Shown here piece by piece: positions 1 to 11,665 of a DNA stretch of 64,000 nucleotides. A program made the translations under genes and the position numbers. The number at the start of each line of letters is the position of its first letter. Position 1 is the first letter of the stretch. The notes below the pieces were generated by a model that was not told the DNA's origin, did not search any database, and was given only the letters and a program-made list of their open reading frames with translations. The DNA comes from Octopus sinensis (Eukaryota), in the NCBI RefSeq assembly GCF_006345805.1, contig NC_043017.1, forward strand, positions 28,954,001-29,018,000, written 5' to 3'.

Positions 1-187
1 AGGTGAGGTGAGCCGCTTCCCCTTGCTGGTCTGGCATATACAGACTAGTTTCAGGGTATTTGCTCCTTGTGAATTTAGAGCAGCCGAACCAGGCAGGTGT
101 CGTTACTAACCGTCTATTCGAAGGATTTTAATACTTATCGCTAAGCTAATATGGCAGTGCTGAAAAATAGGACGAATGCTGCCATAA

Positions 188-302
<115 letters not shown>

Positions 303-382
303 TCAATTCACTACTATTATTTTCTGAACACTCTACGAGAACGGATTGTGTAATCTTTCTGTTACGCTTCAATTGTTTTCGT

Positions 383-414
383 TAATAATAATGATAATAA
401 TAATAATAATAATA

Positions 415-456
<42 letters not shown>

Positions 457-457
457 T
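383..457. repeat. (AAT)n microsatellite
   Basis: Direct AAT repeats. Confidence 0.95.
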
Positions 458-986
458 AATTCGGACGACGAGGTGGTGTAGCGGAAGTTAATGACAATAG
501 AGGTGGCAATAACGATGTTGATAACAATTAAAGTGAAATTGATGATAATTATCACCATCATCATCGTAGCTATCATCATCATCTGTATGATAAAGAAACT
601 GGAAAAAAACTACAGAAAAAATACAATGCAATGAGAAATATAGAGTAGAGAGAGGCAAACCGCCATTAGCCTCTTAGGGATCGCACGCCGACCATTGGCA
701 ATCTACCAAAAACATATAATCACTCCAAAGGTAAATTGATATTACCTGTGATTATAACTTACTACGTTTTGTGTAGCTGTCAATGTATTTTCTATGCATT
801 GTATAATAATCTATTCTTGTTTCGAAATCTTATTTTTGATAGTGCATCTTTATTGTCAATCCCAATGTACATTGCTCCCACAAACACAAATATATACATT
901 ATCTCCTTATGCTATCACAAATTGGGGACTGTAAGACTGTAATAAACACTACACAAACGATGTTTCCAGGTATATACATGTATTTA

Positions 987-1307
987 AGGCGGTGAGCTGC
1001 CAGTACCGTTAGCACGCTAGGCGAATTGCTTTGCGGTATTTCGTCTGCAGCTACGTCCTGAGTTCAAATTCCGCCGAGTCGACTTTGCCTTTCATCCTTT
1101 CGGGGTCGATTAAATAAGTACCAGTGGGTCGATATAATCGGCTTAATCCATGTGTCTGTCCTTGTTTGTGCTCTCTGTGTTTAGCCCCTTGTGGGTAGTA
1201 AAGAAATAGGTATTTCTTCTGCCGTTACGTTCTGAGTTCAAATTCCGCCGAGGTCGACTTTGCCTTTCATCCTTTCGGGGTCGATTAAATAAGTACTAGT
1301 TACATAT
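987..1307 (+). mobile_element. SINE family B, 1.5-mer with 19-bp TSD
   Basis: Head GGCGGTGAGCTG, B-box-like GAGTTCAAATTCC and central GTCGACTTTGCCTTTCATCCTTTCGGGGTCGAT (resembles the MetaSINE core as I recall it) present twice. Flanked by AGGTATATACATGTATTTA at 968-986 and 1308-1326. Confidence 0.92.
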
Positions 1308-1494
1308 AGGTATATACATGTATTTATACTCACAAGATACCTAAAAAGAAATCAAACCATTTCTGTTTAAATCAGCTTAATGTTGTGGAGAATGAAAAAA
1401 TTGCGAGATTTTATATAAAATTATATACAGAAGAAAGCGAAATTCCAAGTGGTTCTGTGTGAATCCTGAAACTTCATAGGAAAGAAAACTTGCT

Positions 1495-1760
1495 GCTGAT
1501 GATGATTATGACGAGTATAGTAAGGATATAATGAAAATAATAATCGTGATGCTGAGGGTGATGTTGATGAAGATGATGGCGAGTGTGATGCTGATGATTA
1601 GGAAGGCAGGGTGGAGGAGAAGACCAATGAGAAGGAGTAGAATGAAGGAGCGTTCTTCGAGGATGATAATAATGATGATGACGATGTCCAAAATGGCGAT
1701 GATGACAGCGAAGATGATACGTTGGGGACGATGTCAATGAAGAAGATGGTGAAAAGTTGC
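1495..1760. repeat. GAT/GAA-rich cryptic trinucleotide low-complexity tract
   Basis: Degenerate (GAT)n; produces overlapping M/I/S/H-rich spurious ORFs. Confidence 0.85.
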
Positions 1761-2452
1761 ATGATATTTGCGCTAAATGCATGGGTTGCATTATACACAA
1801 GAAATCTCGAATTAATAATAGATATTTCATTAGAATAGTTTCAGATGGATGAATAATGCTGGCGAAAATTAACATGAACGGCCTTGGGCACGACGTTATA
1901 AATATCATACAATTTAATAATGATTTATGGTTTCAGCGAGCGATCGAAAATTAAATTGCATTTTTTGCAACGTTGAATGTTAGTTCATTTTCTGTTTATC
2001 ATTGTACATTTTATTTGCAGTAATTTTTATTTCTTATTTCACTTTGATCATAAATGAGTAAAATAAGCGAAAAAATATGTTATTTAATGGCAACAAGAAA
2101 TGATGTCACAAGTAATAAATTTTAGATTGAATAATTAAAGTAAAATAAAAGATATAAAAAAATTGAAAAAATAATACGACAGCAATAATAGTTATTTTAT
2201 TAAATGATAAATAATGATGAAAAGAAGAAAGTGATAAATTATTCTTAAAACAGAATGAATCGAAATATCGTATGACAAAATTTTCAGTAAATTTAGAGGA
2301 ACACTTGGTGAATAAAATAAACGAATGCTCGCAATTTAACGCAAAAATGTTGGTGAAATTTTGAACTGAGCACACGTCGGTTGAACACACTCATATGAAC
2401 TCAGAAACACACATATATGTATATGCATATATTGACAGACAAATAGACAAAT

Positions 2453-2835
2453 ATAATAAATTCATAAGTTAGATTACAAATTTAAATATTGTGTTAATAT
2501 GTTTTGGTTTTTCCACAGAGAATTGATGGGGAACAAGTTGACAAACGACACTATGGTCTTCTGGATTCAGTTTAGTCCTGTCTACAAATACACAGATTTG
2601 TAGAATGACCCGGTGATGATCCGGGTCATTCATAATGACCCGGTGATTATCCGGGTCATTCATAATAAATTCATAAGTTAGATTACAAATTTAAATATTG
2701 TGTTAATATGTTTTGTTTTTCCACAGAGAATTGATGGGAAGCAAGTTGACAAACGACACTCTGGTCTTCTGGATTCAGTTTAGTCCTGTCTACAAATACA
2801 CAGATTTGTAGAATGACCCGTTGATGATCCTGGGA
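2453..2835. repeat. 209-bp tandem duplication containing stacked hairpins
   Basis: ATAATAAATTCATAAGTTAG... starts at 2453 and again at 2662; hairpins at 2581-2604, 2603-2631 and 2634-2660. Confidence 0.9.
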
Positions 2836-3013
2836 TTTTTATTTTTTCATAGCTTCCATGGTTACCGAGATAATCTACTATAAAAACACTCTTATGTTTA
2901 TGAATGAGAAAGGAAGGGGAGATAGATTATGTAGAAATACCAATATTTTTTTACAAATTATTAATATTTATAATTAATTATAAATATTATCAATATTTAA
3001 TAATTATTAATAG

Positions 3014-3365
3014 ATCCTAGAATGTCTTGTCCCAAACTTTGGCATCGAGAGTTACACAAATACTAGAACTGGGCGCCACTGCATAGTGCCAAGAACTCCA
3101 AATTTGCCATCAAGATGTAGGACAAGATACTGTGATAGCCTGGGCTTCAGAGGCCCACAACACTTGAACCTGAGAGACCTGCATGGGGTGGATGCAGATG
3201 TCTTTAAAATAAAACTGGATGAGGGCAGCTGCATCAAAATCTCTTATGTACCAAATGGCAATTGCTAAAAAGCATTCGTGAAGTAAAATCAAGTAGCAAC
3301 ACCAAATGTCGGTACCCCACTATGGCCACAGCCCGTGAGCTGAAACTAGACAAAATAAAATAAAA
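3014..3365 (+). mobile_element. CR1-group (CR1/L2/Crack-like) LINE, 3' fragment
   Basis: Reads LVPNFGIESYTNTRTGRHCIVP...RYCDSLGFRGPQHLNLRDLHGVDADVFKIKLD, a typical ORF2 C-terminus. Homologous to 57050-57435; ends in a CAGC..GCTG stem-loop and an A-rich tail. Confidence 0.8.
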
Positions 3366-3807
3366 ATTTAATTTAAATGTTCTATCCTTACATTTGATAA
3401 ACTAGTATATCACACGGTGCATTTATTCATTTTCGATAATCAAAGTGAGAGAGAGACACAGCTGACGTGGTATAAAGGTCTTTTTTATTCAATGGAGCTT
3501 GAGGAGTCGTATTGCAAACGTTGTAAACACTTTCTTAGTTTCCGCTTACCTCTCCAAAGTCACTTCACCAATTAAGTCATAGATGTGATATCACATTTCC
3601 TGAAGCAATAGTTACGCTAATTAGAGCTTCGCAACATGTGGCTCTGTCGATCGCTGCATCTGCATTTGCGACTAGGTTTTGGAATTGTATGAAGTGCTCA
3701 CAGCAAGAAACAATTCAGCGAATTTCCTTTCGACAATACACAACAAAAGTATATCACTCATCCTTTTCCAAGACCGATAGGTAAGTATGTCTCCCTCTCC
3801 CCCTCTC

Positions 3808-3879
<72 letters not shown>

Positions 3880-3930
3880 CATACATATATATATGAATAC
3901 ATACCACACACACACACACACACAATAATA

Positions 3931-3969
<39 letters not shown>

Positions 3970-3987
3970 TGACGTATATTTGCCATT

Positions 3988-4100
3988 TGAATATGGCTAA
4001 CCCCTAAGGGTGGATGCTACTGTAGTTTGTAGCCCCAGGAGGACACCTGCTCCAGCTGGCTATAGACACACTTTCTGTGCCCTATACGTCACGGCAAATA
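3988..4100 (+). repeat. Dispersed repeat (copy 1) sharing a motif with the Helitron interior
   Basis: ATGGCTAACC...GATGCTACTGTAG...GCCCCAGGA...CCAGCTGGCTAT.GACACACTTTCTGTGC recurs at about 42670-42765. Confidence 0.7.
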
Positions 4101-4267
4101 TACGCCACGCTGTGTTGCTGCTACAAAACCACACAGCTCTAGGAATGTGATTCTAAAGAGAAACAAATTATCATTCAATTGAGGGCATGATAAATCACAT
4201 TAATTAACACATATGTAATGATACAATTAATCACAATATGAATATCTTTTTTCTTTTTTTTTTCTTT

Positions 4268-4575
4268 TTCTTTTTACTTGTTTCAGTCATTTTGACCGCG
4301 GCCATGCTGGAGCGCCGCCTTTAGTCGAGCAAATCGACCCCGGGACTTATTCTTTGTAAGCCCAGTACTTATTCTATCGGTCTCTTTTGCCGAACCGCTA
4401 AGTGACGGGGATGTAAACACACCAGCATCGGTTGTCAAGCAATGCTAGGGGGACATACGCACACACATACACACACACAAAAACACACACACATATATTA
4501 TATATATATATATACATATATACGACTTGTTTCAAATGACTGAAACATGTAAAGGAATAAAGAGTAAAGAGTACG
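4268..4575 (-). mobile_element. SINE family A, 5'-truncated, with an extra inverted tail
   Basis: 3' half of the family A consensus on the minus strand (4268-4526), followed by TCAAATGACTGAAACATGTAAAG...(AAAGAGT)2 on the plus strand. Confidence 0.88.
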
Positions 4576-4707
4576 TATATATATATATACAGTATATATT
4601 TATATATAAAAATATTATAATATATATATATATGTATTTTTAAATATACATGTATACATATACATATACATACACATACATATATATATCTATGAATATA
4701 TATATAT

Positions 4708-4775
<68 letters not shown>

Positions 4776-5373
4776 TCATAGATATATTTATGTATGTATG
4801 CATGTATTGTTGCAGCATGAGGCTGCAAAATGAAGAGATGAAATAAACAGCATCGAACGTAAAAGTAATAAAATTCTAAGCAACATTAGTAATGAGTTAC
4901 CGTCCTATTCTTTTTATTGCTTTTAACGGTTTAATGCGATTTATGGCTCCATGCGTGCGCCATTCAGGCGTGAGTGTGCGAGCGCATCGCCCCGTTCGTG
5001 AGTTTGTGTATGTTTGCGCGTGCATGTATGTGTGCATGTATGTGTGTGTGTGTGTTTTATTGAGTATGAAAGTCATCGATGGGAGCTGTCTCTCTTCTCA
5101 AAAGTGGATGCTAGATATGATATTCTCTCGCAACTGAATAGCAACAAGATCGTTCTAACATTTTATTATAATGCCAATGCTACCGAACCTAGTTCGGGTT
5201 GCTTTGACAAAGGTAAAATAGAAACTTGTAGTCTTCGGCTCCGACGAAACCGTCTTGATGTTCGTTTTCTCATAAGAGATTCACTATTCCCTTTCCAATG
5301 GTTTGACTCGCCGTTTAATTTTCCTGTTATCACATTTTAAGGTAAATATAAATATATATATATATATATATAT

Positions 5374-5439
<66 letters not shown>

Positions 5440-5513
5440 ACTACATACATTTACACAGGGAAACATAAAAATGTGCTTGTATGTGTAGGTATGTCTATCG
5501 CTGTGCCTAAGTA

Positions 5514-5926
5514 TACTCTTTACTCTTTTACTCTTTTACTTGTTTCAGTCATCTGACTGCGGCCATGCTGGAGCACCGCCTTTAGTCGAGCAAATCGACC
5601 CCAGGACTTATTCTTTGTAAGCCCAGTACTTATTCTATCGGTCTCTTTTTGCCGAACCGCTAAGTGACGGGGGACGTAAACACACCAGCATCGGTTGTCA
5701 AGCAATGATAGGGGGACAAACACAGACACACAAACACACACATACATATATATATATATGTATACATATATACGACAGGCTTCTTTCAGTTTCCGTCTAC
5801 CAAATCCACTCACAAGGCATTGGTAGGCCCGGGGCTATAGCAGAAGACACTTGCCCAAGATGCCACGCAGTGGGACTGAACCCGGAACCATGTAGTTGGT
5901 TAGCAAGCTACTTACCCCACAGCCAC
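5514..5926 (-). mobile_element. SINE family A (tRNA-derived, internal TA/TG microsatellite)
   Basis: Near full-length match to the other A copies; (TACTCTTT)n tail. Confidence 0.93.
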
Positions 5927-6415
5927 ATATATGCACTTCTTTTTTATTAAAACTGCAAAATCATCAAATAAAGCTTTTACTCTAATAAAACAAAACTGCA
6001 TATTATTCTACCTTTGGTATTCGAGTACTATTTTTCTTCGTTGTTTTGCATATATGTGCTTCCTCATGTGTATATATCCGTTTAAAGATTTGTGTTGCAA
6101 GATTCCTTGTATGAAACCGTGCGATAAAACAGATATTGTAGTATTTCGGGATAAACAGTTTTCTTTTCTTTTTTATTATATTCGTCGTTCACTCGGTTAT
6201 TGTCCTGAAACATATCATCACACATCTGCAACCTCTAGAACAACACTTCCCGTTCACGTGTGTGCTCTCGGTCCGCTTAGTCAAAACTCTTTATTTCTTG
6301 AAGAAGCCTCTCGTAATTGTATATAATATATATATGTATATAATATATACATATATATATATATTATATATATATATATATATAATATATATACACACAC
6401 ACATATATATATTAT

Positions 6416-6482
<67 letters not shown>

Positions 6483-6512
6483 TATATATTTACATATATA
6501 TATATAATAATA

Positions 6513-6710
6513 TAGGGTGAAATTAATTAATTTGGAATAATCATTAATTTCACCAAGTAGATTTCGGCATGTAAAAGCCCCATTCAAGGAAGGTTTAAGT
6601 AATACTAAGTAATTAAGGGTTTAGCAACGATTTGCCTCACCACACACCGAATTTAGAATAGCAGTCAAAGAGTTATGGCTATTATTTCTACTTTTAAGTA
6701 CCATTAATTA
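6513..6710. mobile_element. Dispersed repeat, probably a Penelope pseudo-LTR-derived segment
   Basis: Shares AATTAAT..CAAGTAGAT and CACCACA.AC.GAATTTAGAA with 17489-17690; both copies lie next to hammerhead motifs. Confidence 0.5.
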
Positions 6711-6792
6711 TATAGTATATATATATATCGCTATATATATCGTGCTATGTGGGGCAGTCATCTAAAATTTTTGTGCATCTTGATGCTGACAT

Positions 6793-6902
6793 AAGTTCCT
6801 TACTTTTCCTGATGAGAAGGCGGCATAATGCACCCCTTATTCCTTCGAAATTAGGAATATGCAGCCTTCGAAACATATGTCGAAAATAAAATAAAGGAAT
6901 TT
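6793..6902 (+). ncRNA. Type I hammerhead ribozyme, catalytic core intact
   Basis: CTGATGA 6809-6815; stem II GAAGGC/GCCTTC (6816-21/6864-69); GAAAC-ATAT-GTC 6870-6881; stem I TTTTC/GAAAA plus distal TTCCTT/AAGGAA. Confidence 0.85.
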
Positions 6903-7024
6903 TGTTAATTCGTTGTTCAACTGCATTCTTCCATATATACATATATATATGTATATATATATATACATATATGTGTGTGTGTTTGTGTGTGTGTACGTAT
7001 GTGTGTGTGTGTGTGAGATCATAT

Positions 7025-7150
7025 TAATGATGGCTTCAAATTTGCCATAAGGGTATCAATTTTAGATGAGTTGATTTCATAGACCGCAGTGTTCGACTGG
7101 TACTAGTTAAAACAAGGATGAATGGCAAAGTCGACTTGAAGCTCAGTAAA
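7025..7150 (-). mobile_element. Old SINE B2 fragment (B core, different tail)
   Basis: Degenerate GGATGAATGGCAAAGTCGAC core and TTCAAATTTGCCATAAGG tail. Confidence 0.55.
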
Positions 7151-7985
7151 AGGAGAATGTTTAACGTTTCGAGCATAGCTCTTCGTTGGAAAGGAGAAAT
7201 GGAAAAGTCCGAAGATGGAGATGAAATTGCAAACGGCATATTTGCAGTTTACATAATGCATATATTTATATGTATGTGTGTGTTCGTGTGTGTGTGTGTG
7301 TGGATTAATGCTAGCATCGCTTTCTTTATTCACAAGGAAACAGTCTTCATCCACCATTGCCTTGTTGAGCACTTATTCAGATTCTTTGATATTTACATGT
7401 GCATAAACGTGCACAGAAACTTACACACTCATATGCGTGTGCCTGCGTGCGTGTGTGTTATATTGTATTTATACAGTAAAGCATGTCTGTAACAATGAAA
7501 TGTGTTCTAAACATAAAACCTACTTCAATTTAGATAATTACATAACATACACATTATTAGATGTCTACTGCCAAAGAAAAAAAAAACATATATAAACATA
7601 TCTAACGATAAGTTGATGTAATCCTGTATCGATTATTTTTTCATAATGTAAAATATACTTCACCTGCTATATTGTAATATATTGTTAAGCTACTTTTGAA
7701 TAACGTATTTATATTTTCTTTCTTATTTTACTGTGCAGAGTAAAAGTGAAAGTGAATGTAATACATGCCGATATATCATTAAAATACCACGATTTAACGA
7801 CATGTTTATATCTTTCTGAAATGATTGATGATGGTGTTAAATAATTTTATTACAGATATGGTTCTCAACAATGGATTGTTAAAAAATATGATTGACTTGT
7901 CATCAGACTTGATTGTAAAGCTTAGTTAATTCCACCCGAGTAACAACAATAAAACACATTCATAGCAATTAAATATATGCTATAC

Positions 7986-8128
7986 GTGATTACGTATAGC
8001 ATATCAACATGAATAGCAATGACTTATTGTGTGTGTTTACGTATATATAACATATACGTGTGTATATACATATGTATTTTCACTTGGGTCATGTATATAC
8101 ACATGTTAACATAGATATATGCATATAT
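7986..8128 (+). repeat. About 140-bp local direct repeat, copy 1 (copy 2 at 9542-9682)
   Basis: CGTGATTACGTATAGCATA...CACTTGGGTCATGTATA...GTTAACATAGATATATGCA at both sites. Confidence 0.88.
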
Positions 8129-8171
8129 ACATATATAAATATGTATATATATATATATGTATATGTATATA

Positions 8172-8212
<41 letters not shown>

Positions 8213-8217
8213 AATAA

Positions 8218-8260
<43 letters not shown>

Positions 8261-8334
8261 TTATACATATATATATATACATATATACATACATATATTT
8301 ATATACATACATATATATATATATATACATACAT

Positions 8335-8398
<64 letters not shown>

Positions 8399-8410
8399 TA
8401 TTATATATTG
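8128..8410. repeat. (TA)n-rich microsatellite
   Basis: Long imperfect TA run. Confidence 0.95.
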
Positions 8411-9541
8411 TTATCTTTACAGACTTTGCTATATTCTCTTTCGATATGTGAAAATATTATTTAATGTTAATTGATAGCTTAAAATGTATTTTTGACAAAC
8501 TACAATGTACAAATCATGCGCTATATGACAACCAATATAATGTTATTCTATCAACGTCTATATACGCATTAGCCTAAATAAGCATTATATATATGTGTGT
8601 GTGTGTGTGTGTAAATATTATAATTGTGACCGGCTGCGTGAGTGTGCGTATGTTTATGCTTGCGCTTACTTATATTTCTGTGGATGCATGTGTGCACATA
8701 TCTTTCTCTGAATATGCATAAATATGTGTGCGTGTCAGTTTTCATAACAGGTATTTTTTAACATTTCTCATTTTGGATTTCATTGTCAGAGATGATTGAT
8801 TGCATCTGCAACTTACAGAAGATTGTTCCAATTTCTGTTGATTGAATGGAGAAAACACTTTATCATTCTGTTAGTTATTGTTGTTGTTGTTCTTGTTGTT
8901 GCTGCTGCTGCAGTTGTTGTTACCATATAGCCCAGGTCTTCACAGGTCTGGGAAAAAAGTTACGTTTGTAAACATTTATTTTTATTTCTACCGTTTTTGT
9001 CTAGCACTACATATAATATCTATCTGCTGTGTATCATTTGTCTTATGGTGACGCAGAGGCTTCGTTGTTAGCCAGAAGTTTGTTGGCGTTGTAATATATT
9101 TGCAAATATTATTCAACACTATCATAACACAAAGCAAATAGGTTTGGACTAGACTCTCAACCTCTCCAGGTATCTTTTATGCATATCTTAGATTACACAG
9201 TACACTCTATCTACACTTCTTATTAAATGCAAGTATTAGGTAATTTAGATGGTTAGACTTTGACAGGTAGCTCGCCTAGCACTCAGCTTGTTCTTGAATG
9301 AATTGATGAATAGCTATGCATATTACATTTAATGGTGATATCATATGTGGAGATAATTCTACGAAGCGGTTTTATACGTGTTAATTTGAGAAAGCTATAT
9401 TATACGAATATTTATTTCATTACATTTCCATCTTTTCTGTAGTAAATTGATTACATTGTTGATTTGTCGAGAGAAAAATAATATGTTGTTATATTCAAAC
9501 ATTATTCCAAAAGTTTGTTTGTTGCTATTATCGTATATTAT

Positions 9542-9905
<364 letters not shown>

Positions 9906-10284
9906 ATAGCGAACGTTTTTGAGAATACTGTTCTATAAGAGGCTTTCTTTCAAATATGCTGTTGGTAGCATACACATTCCTATCTCTTGTGTAGAATGGA
10001 AATCTACTCTCGATGCAATGACTAGAATAATGTTGTTACGCGTCCTAGTTTCTGTTTTTTTGTTTTTTTGTTACGGTCACCGATGATGATCTGGTAAGCT
10101 AACGATTCCATTTAGTTAACAAATATATCTGCAATTTGTTTTGGATTTTTGTTTATAAAACAGAAATATATTAAGACCACCAAACATAATAACTAAAAGA
10201 AATATATTTCATTAAGTCCAACATAATATCGTTACTACAATAGAAATCTCGGTATCAGAAACTCTTGACTTACCTACAAAACTT

Positions 10285-10661
10285 GGAGGCGCAATGGCCC
10301 AGTGGTTAGGGGAGCGGACTCGCGGTCATAGGATCGCGGTTTCGATTCCCAGACCGGGCGTTGTGAGTGTTTATTGAGCGAAAACACCTAAAGCTCCACG
10401 AGGCTCCTGCAGGGGGGGGGGTGAACCCTGCTGTACTCTTTCACCACAACTTTCTCTCACTCATTCTTCCTGAATCTGTTGTACCTGTATTTCAAAGGGC
10501 CAGTCTTGTCACACTCTATGTCACGCTGAATCTCCTCGAGAACTACGTTAAGGGTACACGTGTCTGTGGAATGCTCAGCCACTTGCACGTTAATTCCACG
10601 CGCAAGCTGTTCCGTTGATCGTATCAGCTGGGACCCTCATCGTCGTAACCGACGGAGTGCT
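10285..10661 (+). mobile_element. SINE family C (tRNA-derived head), full length, tail type 1
   Basis: GGAGGCGCAATGGCCCAGTGGTTAGGG (A box) ... GGTTTCGATTCCC (B box); body shared with 22684-22849 and 46458-46755. Confidence 0.88.
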
Positions 10662-11526
10662 CCTACTACTAATATTTCTGTATAATAACCTTAAACATTA
10701 CAAGTATATACATGACACTGTGACTGTTGCAATTCGAATCACGGTGTACTTGCAGCTGACTGCCTCATATATTATATCAAATTTGGCCTACGTATTCACA
10801 TATTGTATAACCGCTTTCAAAATGACTTTAACTACATAATCTTATCTGCTCGAAGAATTCATCAGAGATTTAGTACTAGAAGGGCAAACTGTATTACTAA
10901 TGAAATAAAAAGTGAGATTGTAGTTGTGAAAATGATAGGTTGCTGTGAGGTGGGAAAACTTTTAGCGTTTTGGTCACTTGTCATTTGTGACAGAGTGAAA
11001 GAAAATTATATTATTAATGTCGACCATAACAAGGTAACTTGCTTTAGGCCAATGTTTGGGACGAGTAATAACACCATTAATGGAATTATGAAGAGCTAAT
11101 TGATAAGATGTTAAATGGAAAAGTATATATTCTACACATTGTGTAACCATCTGAGTCAGGAAAGAGCAGTTGTTCACCGCTGGGACTCGAAACACATTTC
11201 GCATTAAAGTGAGCGTGTGGGTATGTATGTATGTATGCATCTATCTATCTATATATGTGTGTGTGTGTGAATGTGTGGTATGTGTGAGCATGTGTGCTTG
11301 AGTGTATGTGTCTGTGTCTCACTCACACACACTCATGCAAATATATGTATGTATATGTATCACATATATGCTTGCATACAGATACGTGGGTGTGATACAG
11401 ACGCATTGCGAGAGAGAGCGAGAAAGGGTGTCATATGTATATATATATAATGTATACACCCACATATATGCATATAAAATTCATATAGACACGCAACTTC
11501 TTCTGCAAGTAGCAACACCACCTGCA

Positions 11527-11552
11527 TTATCATCATCATCATCATCATCATC

Positions 11553-11591
<39 letters not shown>

Positions 11592-11601
11592 TGTAGTAGT
11601 T

Positions 11602-11658
<57 letters not shown>

Positions 11659-11665
11659 ATAGTAT
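11527..11665. repeat. (CAT)n-(TAG)n compound microsatellite
   Basis: Direct repeats; source of the poly-S/V/L ORFs. Confidence 0.95.

Noticed and set aside
10285-10360. tRNA-like sequences at SINE heads (also 14961, 22849, 46755, 59461)
   Set aside because: A and B boxes are present, but each continues into a multi-copy SINE body and lacks a complete cloverleaf.
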